From the IMG/VR virus record IMGVR_UViG_3300012984_000013, positions 77,581-118,792 of that record: a stretch of DNA of 41,212 nt; one strand, given 5' to 3'. Each line of letters starts with the position of its first letter. The stretch's first letter is position 1. This document shows positions 9,389 to 19,409 of this stretch, in pieces. Position numbers and translations under genes: made by a program. The notes under the pieces are model-generated. The model made no database searches. It had not been told where the DNA came from and saw only the letters and a program-made list of their open reading frames with translations. This DNA is from a virus. Lineage: Duplodnaviria; Heunggongvirae; Uroviricota; Caudoviricetes.

Positions 9389-9795
9389 AGATTTTTCTAG
9401 ATGATATAAGAGAACCTTCTGAATGTGCTAAATATATGCATAATAGGATAGGAAAAGATAATCTTACCTATTTAGAAGGAGAATGGTATATAGTAAGAAA
9501 TTACGATCAATTTTGTAGAGCTTTAGTAAAATACGAGCAGGATATTACACATATATCATTTGATCATGATTTAGCAGATGAACATTATACTCCAGAAGAA
9601 TTTTGGGAAACTAAAGAAAAGGCTGAAGAATGGGCTTCTAAACAAGAATATAAGGAGAAAACTGGGTATGATTGTGCAGTATTTTTTAATGAAAGGTTTA
9701 AAAATAAGCAAGTATGGCCTACCTTATATGTTCATTCTATGAATCCTGTAGGTACAGAAAGAATTATAAATTTATTTAAAATGAAAATAATATGA
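9385..9795 (+). CDS. stand-alone receiver-like (cyclic-phosphate processing Receiver) domain protein
   Basis: IFLDDIR, ISFDHDL, TGYDCA and VHSMNPVG motifs characteristic of this phage family. Confidence 0.8.
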   Translation: MKIFLDDIREPSECAKYMHNRIGKDNLTYLEGEWYIVRNYDQFCRALVKYEQDITHISFDHDLADEHYTPEEFWETKEKAEEWASKQEYKEKTGYDCAVFFNERFKNKQVWPTLYVHSMNPVGTERIINLFKMKII

Positions 9796-10598
9796 CAAAG
9801 GAAAAACCAACTTATGAAATTAGTAGAGGACTGTTAGTAGCTGCTCCAGTACCTCCAGATACAAGAACTTACAAAGCATTTGCACACGAAAAGGTTATTG
9901 ATTTAACTCTAAATGCACTAAATGATGCAGGTTTTGTGCTAGATAGTGAAAGTTATAAAGCAACTTCAGATCAACAGATTGCTATCGGTAAATATACCAT
10001 TAAAAGTGTAGCAGATAGTGAAATGCAACTCCAGATTGCATGGTTAAACTCATATAATAAGGCTAAAAGGCTTACTTGGGGTATTGGTGGACAAGTATTT
10101 ATTTGTGGAAATGGTATGATTTCTGCTGATTTAGGAGCTTTTAAGAAGAAACATCAAGGTGAAATTCAGGATTATTCACCTAAAGCCATTACAGAGTACG
10201 TTAAAAAGGCTGCTGATGTATTTAGAGAAATGCAAAGAGAAAGGGAAGAAATGAAAAAAGTAGAGGTCGATAAAACCATTACTGCTCATATACTAGGAGA
10301 AATGTTCCTAAATGAGGATTTCATTACTACTACTCAATTAAATATCATTAAAAGAGAGATTGAGCACCCTACATATAACTATAATGCTCCAGATAACAGC
10401 TTATGGTCACTATATAACCATACCACATTGGCTATGAAAGATTTACATCCTGCTCTATATATGAACAACCATATGGCAGCACATAAGTTCTTTGTATCCC
10501 GTTCTGGTATACTTATCCCTAATTCTGAGGTTATTATACCAGAAACGGGTAGTCATCCACAAGCTGAGTTATTTGACACTAATTTAACAGCAGTATAA
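9792..10598 (+). CDS. DUF932/DUF945-like protein
   Basis: NSYNK...GGQVFICGNGM...KKH pattern; function unknown. Confidence 0.6.
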   Translation: MTKEKPTYEISRGLLVAAPVPPDTRTYKAFAHEKVIDLTLNALNDAGFVLDSESYKATSDQQIAIGKYTIKSVADSEMQLQIAWLNSYNKAKRLTWGIGGQVFICGNGMISADLGAFKKKHQGEIQDYSPKAITEYVKKAADVFREMQREREEMKKVEVDKTITAHILGEMFLNEDFITTTQLNIIKREIEHPTYNYNAPDNSLWSLYNHTTLAMKDLHPALYMNNHMAAHKFFVSRSGILIPNSEVIIPETGSHPQAELFDTNLTAV

Positions 10599-11329
10599 TG
10601 CAGTGGGATAAATTTGCACCATTTTTCCATGAAAGCTGGCACTCTAAGATTAAGAAATGGGTAGAAAGTGAGGATTGTGATAAATTGTATACTTTTTTAA
10701 AGTCAGAGTCAAAAAGAGGGGTTCAAATAGCCCCTCTTTCTAATTTGACCTATAGAGCCTTTTTAGAAACACCTTTAAATGAGGTTAAAGTAGTACTTTT
10801 ATCCTGGTGTCCATATCATTCCTTTTATAATGGAGTAGCTGCTGCTGATGGTTTAGCTTTTAGTTGTTCTGTAACTGGGAAATTACAACCTAGTCTTATA
10901 ACCTTTTATGAAGGTATAGAAAATGATATATCTAATGGATTGAACCTAGAGTATGTAAAATACCCAGATTTAAGCTATTTAGCTCATCAAGGAGTGTTAT
11001 TGATGAATTGCTCTTTAACTGTAGCTAAAGGTAAAGCTGGTAGCCATGATGAAATATGGCATGGATTTACTAAGTTTATTCTAGAAGAATGTCTAGCGTA
11101 TACAGGGATACCTATAGTCTTTATAGGCAAAGATGCTCAAAAGTTTGAAAGATACGTATCTCCTTTGACACACGGTTACATATTTAGTATAGAGCATCCT
11201 TCATTTGCTGCAAGAAATAATCAACTTTGGAACACTAAAGGTGTTTTCACTAAGATTAATAGGATTATTAGAGAAGCTAATGGTCCGGAGTTTGAGATAG
11301 ATTGGTTAAATACTAAACCTCCTTTTTGA
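10598..11329 (+). CDS. ung: family 1 uracil-DNA glycosylase homologue with a non-canonical catalytic motif
   Basis: VKVVLL-SWCPY (normally GQDPY), GLAFS, QGVLLMN, LTV..G.AGSH and HPS. Confidence 0.8.
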   Translation: MQWDKFAPFFHESWHSKIKKWVESEDCDKLYTFLKSESKRGVQIAPLSNLTYRAFLETPLNEVKVVLLSWCPYHSFYNGVAAADGLAFSCSVTGKLQPSLITFYEGIENDISNGLNLEYVKYPDLSYLAHQGVLLMNCSLTVAKGKAGSHDEIWHGFTKFILEECLAYTGIPIVFIGKDAQKFERYVSPLTHGYIFSIEHPSFAARNNQLWNTKGVFTKINRIIREANGPEFEIDWLNTKPPF

Positions 11330-11664
11330 TGATTACTGAATGGAGATTTAGAATACTTGATAAGTATCCTAATAGGATTATATGTGATGATAGTTCCATA
11401 TACAACTCAAAGGGTAAGAAAATGGCTCCAAAGCCTGGAAAAGGTAGATATCTTAGAAATAGGGTATATAGGGATGGTAAAGAGTTGTATTGTTGGATTC
11501 ATAGAATGGTGGCATATGCTTTTCTAGGTGATTGTACAAGGTTAGAAGTACACCATAAGGATAGAAATAGGCAGAACAACTATCATACAAACCTTGAGAT
11601 TATGACTAAAAAGCAGAATTTAGATTTAAGAGTATACACTAAACCGGACGATTGTCCTTTCTGA
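11329..11664 (+). mobile_element. free-standing HNH endonuclease gene
   Basis: IHRMVAYAF...VHHKDRNRQNNYHTNLE. ATG at 11329 overlaps the ung stop (TGATG). Confidence 0.8.
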
Positions 11665-11665
11665 T

Positions 11666-11899
11666 ATGGAAATAGAAGAAATATTTAACGCTACATGGAA
11701 AGGTTTTTTAAATTTTAACGAATACTCTCCAAAAGAAAAAGAAGTTTATAAAAAAGAGTATTCACCTAATGAAATAATGAATATTATTAAATTTGCATAT
11801 AATCAAGCTATAGATGATGCTATTAAAAATACTAATTTTATATATGGAATAGCGTGGGAAACAATAGATAAAGAAGGACTCCTGAAACTCAAGAAATAA
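11666..11899 (+). CDS. hypothetical protein
   Basis: 77-aa ORF in the packed run. Confidence 0.65.
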   Translation: MEIEEIFNATWKGFLNFNEYSPKEKEVYKKEYSPNEIMNIIKFAYNQAIDDAIKNTNFIYGIAWETIDKEGLLKLKK

Positions 11900-12078
11900 T
11901 GCAAGAAATAAACGAACTAATACGAAAAACAATAAATACATATCCAGAACTGGAATATGATTTAGAAGCCATAAAATTATCATTTATGGAGGAGTTAGAA
12001 TGGGGTGCTGACGAAGAATATGTGATAAATCATATTAAAATTGCAATAGCTGAACTAATCAAAAATCAGACAGTATGA
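11899..12078 (+). CDS. hypothetical protein, 59 aa (not in ORF track)
   Basis: MQEINELIRKTINTYPELEY...KNQTV. TAATG overlap upstream and ATGA overlap with rIIA. Confidence 0.7.
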   Translation: MQEINELIRKTINTYPELEYDLEAIKLSFMEELEWGADEEYVINHIKIAIAELIKNQTV

Positions 12079-14339
12079 TACTGGAAAAACAAACAGAAAA
12101 CTTAGTACTATCAGAAGGTACATCAGGAGATGTTATAAAGTCAAAATTGGACATAGAAAGTGCAGATTTTCTAATGAGAATGATGACTAAAGGCTTCTAT
12201 TCAGATGCTATAGGTTCTACAGTACGAGAAACTGCATCAAATGGTGTAGATAGCCATAGAAAGGCTGGAATTGATGATCCTATAGTAGTTACTTTGAGTT
12301 CAAATATACAAGGTAACTGGGAATATTCAGTTGAGGATGTAGGAGTAGGTTTAGATCATCAAACTGTGATAGATGTTATTTCCATGTACGGAAAATCTAC
12401 CAAAAGAGATGATGCTAATGCGATCGGTTGCATGGGTCTTGGCTGGAAGTCACCTCTTAGTTATACTCCTTCATTCTACTTTATAGCTAGGAAAGATGGT
12501 ATAGAAAGGAAATATATCCAATCCGAAGATGAAGAAGGAGGAAGTAGCATTGAATTATTATATGAACAAGAAACTATTGAAAGAAATGGAGTAAAGGTTA
12601 TTGTTCCTGTTAAATATAGTGATAGGTATGACTTTGTTAATTCTATTAAGGAGCAACTAGCTTATTTTCAGGGTGTTTATTTTAATGTAGATGGAGTTCC
12701 AAAAGACTTTAAAATACATAGAAGTGAACACTTTCAATGGTCAGAACTATGTGAAGATAAGGATCTTCATATATGTCTGGATGATGTATATTACCCTATT
12801 GACTTCAATAAACTAGGTATAGGTAGAATTCATATTCCCGTAGGATTAAGATTTAGCCTTTCAGATGGTATATACCCTCTTCCTAATAGGGAAAGTATCA
12901 GATATACTACAGAATCCAAAACTGTTATTTTTAATAAAATTAAGCAGGTTGCTGATTATTTTGTAAATTTCTATAATGAATCTGTTACTGAAACTGAGGA
13001 TATTGAGAAAATCTTTGATTTCTTTAGATATTCAGACAGGAAGGTAAAGGGATTTAGAGAAAATAGTACTATATCAATTGGTGATTTAACTATATATAGT
13101 TCTATTAAACCTATAACTCCTACTTTAAAAGGAATAAAGAAAACAGACCTACAAAGAGTGTTCCATATGAAGGATAGTCTATTTAAAGAATATACTATAA
13201 AGTATAAATATTCTTATGGTAGATTTACAGGAACTGGTAATAGTAGCTATGATAGGGAGTTTAATCATCAAAAAGCTACAAGAAACGATAAAATATACAT
13301 CTTTTCAGGAGAACTTTCTAATAAGATGAAAAACTACCTCAGAGATGATATATTAACTAGAGGTTTAGATACTCTATTTATTCAAAAAGAAAGAGTTACT
13401 AGATTAGGCAAGATAGGACCAACTCTTTGGGGAGTTAATGCTAATACTTATATAGATATCCTTAATCTTAATAAATACCCTAAAAGTGATTGGAGGGATA
13501 TGATTAAGGAATATCAGTATATTAAGTCCTTATATGAGGCTAAGTTCCTAAAAGCTGATGGTATTATCATTCCACAAGAATATATTAACAGGAAAAAGTT
13601 AGAAAGACAGGATTTATTGGTAAAAAAGGATAGGAGACTAAAGCTAACTGGTGAAATTAATGTAAAGGTAGCCTCTAATTTGGAAAGGTATGTTTCTGAT
13701 AAAAACTGTAAGTTCGAATCTGTAATATTTAATCTAAAAGAGATACATAAGGATAAGAAAGTTACAGTTTATTGTGAAAATACTCCTGAGAATGCTCAAT
13801 TGATTCAAAAATGGTTTACTATAATTAATAGGGGTAAAACTAGGTTTGCTATGCTCTCTACCAGGGAAATGAAGAATATTAAGGGTTTAAATGTACATAA
13901 TTGGGTTAAAATGGAAGATTTCTTAAAAGGTAAACATATACAGTTCAGAAGAATAGTAACTGCATATTTAATAAATAACTTGATAGTTGATCATTATTCT
14001 TCTTTTGCTAAGAAAGATAAATATATTAGTAGGATTTCTACACATTTGTATGATAATTTAACTATATTAGAAAATTATAAGAGAGACAACTTTCACAGTG
14101 GAAATGAGGAATTATATAAAGAATGTGTAAAATTGGCAGAATCTGAAAAATTATTTGATTATTCTGTGTATTATATCTATAAAGAAGTTAAATTTACACT
14201 TGAAAAACTTAAATTCTTAGAGCCTGTTTTAGCTCATGTTCCTTATGAAGATAAAGGTGTAATAGATGCTTTAAAGGATCTATTTAAGTATTATAAACAA
14301 AAAATTGATTGGAAACATTATAAACTACCAATTAATTAG
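12075..14339 (+). CDS. rIIA: rIIA-like protein (N-terminal GHKL/HSP90-type ATPase); frame stays open past the amber to 14402
   Basis: RETASNGVDSH, EDVGVGL, YGKSTKR and GCMGLGWKSP GHKL motifs; followed by rIIB-like gene. Confidence 0.8.
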   Translation: MILEKQTENLVLSEGTSGDVIKSKLDIESADFLMRMMTKGFYSDAIGSTVRETASNGVDSHRKAGIDDPIVVTLSSNIQGNWEYSVEDVGVGLDHQTVIDVISMYGKSTKRDDANAIGCMGLGWKSPLSYTPSFYFIARKDGIERKYIQSEDEEGGSSIELLYEQETIERNGVKVIVPVKYSDRYDFVNSIKEQLAYFQGVYFNVDGVPKDFKIHRSEHFQWSELCEDKDLHICLDDVYYPIDFNKLGIGRIHIPVGLRFSLSDGIYPLPNRESIRYTTESKTVIFNKIKQVADYFVNFYNESVTETEDIEKIFDFFRYSDRKVKGFRENSTISIGDLTIYSSIKPITPTLKGIKKTDLQRVFHMKDSLFKEYTIKYKYSYGRFTGTGNSSYDREFNHQKATRNDKIYIFSGELSNKMKNYLRDDILTRGLDTLFIQKERVTRLGKIGPTLWGVNANTYIDILNLNKYPKSDWRDMIKEYQYIKSLYEAKFLKADGIIIPQEYINRKKLERQDLLVKKDRRLKLTGEINVKVASNLERYVSDKNCKFESVIFNLKEIHKDKKVTVYCENTPENAQLIQKWFTIINRGKTRFAMLSTREMKNIKGLNVHNWVKMEDFLKGKHIQFRRIVTAYLINNLIVDHYSSFAKKDKYISRISTHLYDNLTILENYKRDNFHSGNEELYKECVKLAESEKLFDYSVYYIYKEVKFTLEKLKFLEPVLAHVPYEDKGVIDALKDLFKYYKQKIDWKHYKLPIN

Positions 14340-14398
14340 GAAGTAATAGAGGATTTAGTAGAAGAAAATATCGAAGAATTAATAGAAAACGAAACAAT

Positions 14399-15748
14399 AT
14401 GAAATTATTTTCAATGGATTGGTTTCTCACAGAGAAACAAAAAGAGCTTCAATCTTTAAAAGTTGAAGAACAAAAGATTAAGAATGAGCTTTTAGAGAAG
14501 CAATTACATAAGGAAGAAGATCCTATTCATTCTGTTAAGCCTTATAGGAGAATAATTCTTACAAATGAGGTTTTAACTATTGTTCTTACAGATGGTAGTA
14601 TTATAACTAAATCTAATGCTACAAAGGATGATTATGATAAGGCTACAAATGCAAAGTTTGAAGCAGATTTATTTACTATTTGTTCAGTTCCTCAAGCTGT
14701 CGAAAAAGGATCTGATATTAAGGTAGAAATAGAACAAAAGGCTGCTAGGAACATAGATTTACTTATAGGTCATGAGGATTTTGAAGTAACTGAAAATTCT
14801 GTATATGTGTATGGTGAAGACAGACAATTAATTAAGAGGTCAGTTCCTGCAATACTTGTTAACAGATTTGTAGAGGTTTTGAACAAACCTGATGAATATC
14901 AATCAGTTAGAAAATTTTGGTTAAAGTGTTGCTTAAATCCTAATGCTCAAAGTGCTGAAGATTTATATCAATTTCTAACTTACCACCATTTCAAGATTGA
15001 TAGACATGGTAACTTCTATGCTTATCGTAGAGTTGTAAGTAGATCAGGCGATAATAAAGACCTTATTGAGTTTATTAGCAATACTTATACTAAAGTAAAA
15101 GCCGTATGGAAGAAGAAACCTAGTGATTATCTTATTTGGAAAGATGAAAAAGAAGATAATTTTATACTTTCACCACATGGTACAGGAAATCCGTTATATA
15201 CATTTATAGGTAATTTACAAAGTCTATATCTGGATCTTCCTAATATACAAAAGAAAAATTATACTTCTGCGCATACTGGAGAAGAGGATTATAAAGTAGG
15301 TGAGGTTATTTCTATGCCTAGGAATGATGGAGATGATAATAACAGTATAAGCTGTTCTAAAGGTTATCATGCAGCCAGTAAGAAATATGATTACAGTAGT
15401 TTTGGAGATACTCCAATTCTTGTAATTATTAATCCTATGGATGTACTTGCTGTTCCAAGAGGAGAAGATGGTAAACTTAGGACTTGTAGATGGTTCTTTG
15501 CTTCAGTTTTAACTAATGAAGAACAACACATTCTGGATAACGAGGAGTTTGATGTTACAGATTTAGGTGATGTATTTGAAGAAAAATGCTTGGAAAATAT
15601 GTCAGAATATGTGAAAAATAGCTTTTCTGAAGAGGTAAAAAGACATACTTTTACTCTATCAGGAATAACATCTAAAGAAGTAAGCTCTATTATTACATCA
15701 TTAGAAGAAATGAAGGAAGTATTAAATAAACGAGTAGTAAACGTATGA
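14399..15748 (+). CDS. rIIB: rIIB-like protein
   Basis: GNFYAYRRV, YKVGEVISMPR, CSKGYHA, INPMDVLAVP and KLRTCRW; adjacent to rIIA-like gene. Confidence 0.8.
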   Translation: MKLFSMDWFLTEKQKELQSLKVEEQKIKNELLEKQLHKEEDPIHSVKPYRRIILTNEVLTIVLTDGSIITKSNATKDDYDKATNAKFEADLFTICSVPQAVEKGSDIKVEIEQKAARNIDLLIGHEDFEVTENSVYVYGEDRQLIKRSVPAILVNRFVEVLNKPDEYQSVRKFWLKCCLNPNAQSAEDLYQFLTYHHFKIDRHGNFYAYRRVVSRSGDNKDLIEFISNTYTKVKAVWKKKPSDYLIWKDEKEDNFILSPHGTGNPLYTFIGNLQSLYLDLPNIQKKNYTSAHTGEEDYKVGEVISMPRNDGDDNNSISCSKGYHAASKKYDYSSFGDTPILVIINPMDVLAVPRGEDGKLRTCRWFFASVLTNEEQHILDNEEFDVTDLGDVFEEKCLENMSEYVKNSFSEEVKRHTFTLSGITSKEVSSIITSLEEMKEVLNKRVVNV

Positions 15749-16677
15749 TAAGTGCAGTAATCGAATATCAGGATAAAACAGTATCTATATACTCATCTCC
15801 ATCTGTATATACAGGTGAAAAGTTCCTAAAAGGATTCTATGAATGTTATAAACATGACAGGGGCATTGATATAACTAGGAAAGAAGTACTAGAAAATCAT
15901 AATCCTTACTATCAGGAGAATACAGAAACTGTTCTAAGAACAGTTAAGTCATTTTTTGAGTCTGGTATAGAAGATAAGGTAAATGAACTAGGTTTTACAC
16001 ATAAATTAGGTATCCTTCTACATGGTAGACAGGGTACTGGTAAAACTTCTTTAATGAACTTTATTGCTAATCGCCTAGTAGATGAGAAGGATGCTATAGT
16101 TTTCTTCTGTAATAGTAGTAATACATTGGATGCTGCTGTAAATGTAGCTCAATCTATTAGGGAAATACAGAAAGATCCTATTATTTTTATAGCTGATGAA
16201 TTTGAAAGGTTTGCTAGGGATAACGAATCTGAGATTAAAAACTTACTTGATGGTAAGGATAGTGTTTCTAATAGTCTATTTTTAGCTTCTACTAACTATA
16301 TTGATAAAGTTCCTGATACACTTAAAGATAGACCTAGCCGGTTTAAAGTTGTTAAAGAAATCAAAGGATTTACTGATAGGAAGACCATATTCACTATTGT
16401 TAAAGAAGTATCTGATCGATTAAATCCTGGTCTATTTAAGGATGAAGAAATAGAAATTATTGTTAAAGAATCTAAAGATGTTACAATTGATGAAATTAAA
16501 CATTTTTGTTTAGATAAATTAACTGATAATTTTGTAGAGAAAGAAGAACGTAAACCAATTGGATTTAATATACCTAAGATGGAAGATGATGATGAGGATA
16601 AATCTATGGGTTTAAATTGGGTTACTCTTAGCAACAGTAAACGTTTATACATAGGAGGAGGTTCTGGTGGAAAATAA
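15745..16677 (+). CDS. AAA+ ATPase
   Basis: Walker A GRQGTGKTS, Walker B IFIADE, sensor/SRH-like ASTN...DRPSRF. Confidence 0.9.
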   Translation: MISAVIEYQDKTVSIYSSPSVYTGEKFLKGFYECYKHDRGIDITRKEVLENHNPYYQENTETVLRTVKSFFESGIEDKVNELGFTHKLGILLHGRQGTGKTSLMNFIANRLVDEKDAIVFFCNSSNTLDAAVNVAQSIREIQKDPIIFIADEFERFARDNESEIKNLLDGKDSVSNSLFLASTNYIDKVPDTLKDRPSRFKVVKEIKGFTDRKTIFTIVKEVSDRLNPGLFKDEEIEIIVKESKDVTIDEIKHFCLDKLTDNFVEKEERKPIGFNIPKMEDDDEDKSMGLNWVTLSNSKRLYIGGGSGGK

Positions 16678-17119
16678 TTGTTGGATTTACCAGGGGGAGT
16701 GCTTGTATGAGCCTCCTTCTGGTTATTATGGTTTTATTTATAGAATAACACTATCTGATGGTACTTTCTATATAGGTAAAAAAGCTTTTGAGCATAATCA
16801 AAAGAAGGTTCTTTCTAAGAAAGCTAGAGCATTATCTGGCACCAGAAAGAGAATAGAAAGGGTTAAAAAAGACTCTGGATGGCTTGAGTACTGGGGGAGT
16901 TCAAAGGCTTTTATAGAACATATCGATTCTAAAGATAAAGAATGGGATGGAGGATGTAGAAAAAACGCTACTAGAAAGATTGTTAAACTTTGTAAAGATA
17001 AAGCTTCTCTTTCTTATTGGGAAATGGTAACTTTAGTGCAAAATGATATTCTTTTTAGAACAGATTGTTGGAATGGTAATATAAGTGGTAAATATTTTAA
17101 AGGAAAAATACATGAATAA
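16667..17119 (+). CDS. GIY-YIG (Seg-like) endonuclease family protein
   Basis: GFIYRI...FYIGKK, YWGSS and LSYWE motifs. Confidence 0.7.
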   Translation: MENNCWIYQGECLYEPPSGYYGFIYRITLSDGTFYIGKKAFEHNQKKVLSKKARALSGTRKRIERVKKDSGWLEYWGSSKAFIEHIDSKDKEWDGGCRKNATRKIVKLCKDKASLSYWEMVTLVQNDILFRTDCWNGNISGKYFKGKIHE

Positions 17120-17354
17120 ACCAAAGATTTTAATTACAATGGAAGGTGGAATGATCCAAAGCATAGGTGCTAATATGGATATGGATATAGTTATTAATGA
17201 CTATGATAATCCTGAAGAGGATCAAATAAGGTTAGAATCTCCGGATGAGATTTTTAAGGATGGAGAAGCTTATAAGCTAATCACAGAGGATAAGTTTCCT
17301 CTATCTATGGCAGAACAGTTAATTAAGGAGTATTTAAAGGACGAAAAATTCTAA
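17112..17354 (+). CDS. hypothetical protein
   Basis: Acidic ORF; start at MNKPK (17112) preferred to 17085. Confidence 0.65.
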   Translation: MNKPKILITMEGGMIQSIGANMDMDIVINDYDNPEEDQIRLESPDEIFKDGEAYKLITEDKFPLSMAEQLIKEYLKDEKF

Positions 17355-17358
17355 GATT

Positions 17359-17544
17359 ATGAACATTATTATTGAAAGAACAGATAATCCTAAAAAGGAT
17401 TGTAAAGATGCTAATGTACTATTACAGGAATGTTTATATCTGTTAAACAAGGTTCCTAACAGGAAATATAGACCTAAGTCTTTTAAGGAGTCCTATGATC
17501 TATGTTCAGCAATAGAAAAACATCTAAAAACACAAGAATTATGA
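17359..17544 (+). CDS. hypothetical protein
   Basis: 61-aa ORF in the packed run. Confidence 0.6.
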   Translation: MNIIIERTDNPKKDCKDANVLLQECLYLLNKVPNRKYRPKSFKESYDLCSAIEKHLKTQEL

Positions 17545-17834
17545 TTCATTCTGTAATTTTAAACATGGATGAATATAATGATCTTATGGAAAAAGCTAAA
17601 CAAAGAACTGTTATAATTTCCATCAAGGGATTAGAGAGAAACTGGGAATATCTTTCATATTTTGAATCATCTAAATATGCAATAGATATATTAAAATTTG
17701 ATGATCAAATTTTACCTGTAATAGACGGACTTAAAGAAATTCTAAAAAGTGAATTAGATGAATTAAATTCTAAAATTAAAGAATATACTAATCTTAAGGG
17801 TGAAATAGAAATATTAAAGAAAGAAATGAAATGA
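17541..17834 (+). CDS. hypothetical coiled-coil protein
   Basis: ATGA overlaps at both ends if started at 17541. Confidence 0.65.
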   Translation: MIHSVILNMDEYNDLMEKAKQRTVIISIKGLERNWEYLSYFESSKYAIDILKFDDQILPVIDGLKEILKSELDELNSKIKEYTNLKGEIEILKKEMK

Positions 17835-18865
17835 TACAAGGAACAGTAAGAACAGAAAAGGAGTATAGACAGCTAGATAAAGATTCATCATCCAGTCTTA
17901 AGTTATTCTCTCAGGATAAACGTAAGTACTATAAGGTTTATATAGAGGGTAAAAAAGAACCTGAAGAAGATGAATCTAAAGCTAGTGTGGTAGGAAGGGT
18001 GGTAGATACCCTACTATTGGAGAAAGAGGAATTCGATAATAGGTTCCTAATGAGTTCTTTAGCTAAAGCTCCTACTGGGAATATGGAAAAGTTTGTAGAA
18101 GCTTTGTATAGATATACAAGAGATGCTAAAGAAGATACTCCATTTGAAGAAATAGCCAGATCAGCTTATAAAGAAAGTGGATTTAAGTGGGCTTTTGACA
18201 CAGTTTTGGCTAAATTTGTAGGATCAGATGCTGAAATCTACTACAAGGAACTTATAGATGTTAGAGAAAAAGGTCTTACTATAGTCACTATAGATGACGT
18301 AACTAACGCTGAAAGGATTGTAGAAGAGCTTAAAACCAATGAGTTTACTGCTGATATTATCAATAAGAAGTCTGATCATAGATTTGAGGTTTATGCTCAA
18401 TTACAGGTAGATGGATATAGTATTGATGGATTGGAACTTAAATCCATGATGGATAAGTGTATAGTAGATCATGAAAAGAAAACCATCCAAGTAGGTGATC
18501 TTAAATGTAGCTGGTCTGTAGAAGGATTTTATGAAGAATATTACCTTTACCGCAGAGCATACATACAATGCTATCTCTATAAGGAAGCAGCTAAATCCTT
18601 CTTTAAAGATCTAGTGGATAGAGAGTACAAGGTACTAAATCCTAAATTTATAGTCTGTGATAGTATTAACTATTATAATCCTCTTATATATGCTTCAACA
18701 GATGAAGATTTGAAAGAAGCTTATGAAGGATTTGAGTATAAAGGTAGAACTTATCCTGGTGTAAAGGAAATTATTGAAGAATTGAAGTGGGCTAAAGAGA
18801 ATAATAAATGGAATATTAGTAAAAAGAACTATATCAATAGGGGTATAGTAAGCCTTAAACCTTAG
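17831..18865 (+). CDS. PD-(D/E)XK nuclease (exonuclease VIII/RecE-like)
   Basis: SSSSLK, GRVVD, LKSMMD...VGDLK and YIQCYLY. Confidence 0.75.
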   Translation: MIQGTVRTEKEYRQLDKDSSSSLKLFSQDKRKYYKVYIEGKKEPEEDESKASVVGRVVDTLLLEKEEFDNRFLMSSLAKAPTGNMEKFVEALYRYTRDAKEDTPFEEIARSAYKESGFKWAFDTVLAKFVGSDAEIYYKELIDVREKGLTIVTIDDVTNAERIVEELKTNEFTADIINKKSDHRFEVYAQLQVDGYSIDGLELKSMMDKCIVDHEKKTIQVGDLKCSWSVEGFYEEYYLYRRAYIQCYLYKEAAKSFFKDLVDREYKVLNPKFIVCDSINYYNPLIYASTDEDLKEAYEGFEYKGRTYPGVKEIIEELKWAKENNKWNISKKNYINRGIVSLKP

Positions 18866-18866
18866 T

Positions 18867-19409
18867 ATGAAGTTAAAAAGAACTATAAGTACAATTTTTA
18901 TGCTTCCAACTTTAAAAATTAATGGAAGTAAGTTGGAGGAAAATGGCTTTATAAATGCCTATATAAAAGATGTGGATTGTCAAGTAGAGTATGAAAATTG
19001 TGTATATTTACTGTTCAAACCTCCTCAAATGGACATTTTTAACCATTTTATAGAGGATGAATATATAAGAACTAAAGCTCTTCTTCATGATTATGATTAT
19101 GAAGATGGATATGTAGTTCTTGTATATCAATTGGATAGTAAGTTTGACGAAGATTTTAAGTTAATTAGAAAAGGTCTATACTCCAAGACCTCAGAAAGTT
19201 TCCAGAAACAATTTAAAGCAGTTAAAAAAGTGGTAAAAGAAGGGCTTCATAAGGATGAAATAACCCTACAACATCTTATATTTAAAAAGGCTGATAATCT
19301 TAGGGATTACTGGGAATCTAAAATAGGAGTTAGTATTAAAGAAGAAATGGAAGTTTGGGAAGGGTGGTCAGATGAGAAAGAAACATTAGATTTAAACAAA
19401 ATAAAATGA
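18867..19409 (+). CDS. hypothetical protein
   Basis: 180-aa ORF directly after the nuclease. Confidence 0.8.
   Translation: MKLKRTISTIFMLPTLKINGSKLEENGFINAYIKDVDCQVEYENCVYLLFKPPQMDIFNHFIEDEYIRTKALLHDYDYEDGYVVLVYQLDSKFDEDFKLIRKGLYSKTSESFQKQFKAVKKVVKEGLHKDEITLQHLIFKKADNLRDYWESKIGVSIKEEMEVWEGWSDEKETLDLNKIK

Noticed and set aside
16667-17119. Terminal duplication around the GIY-YIG gene
   Set aside because: Neither end resembles the neighbouring genes, so it was not counted among the end-replacing HEGs.
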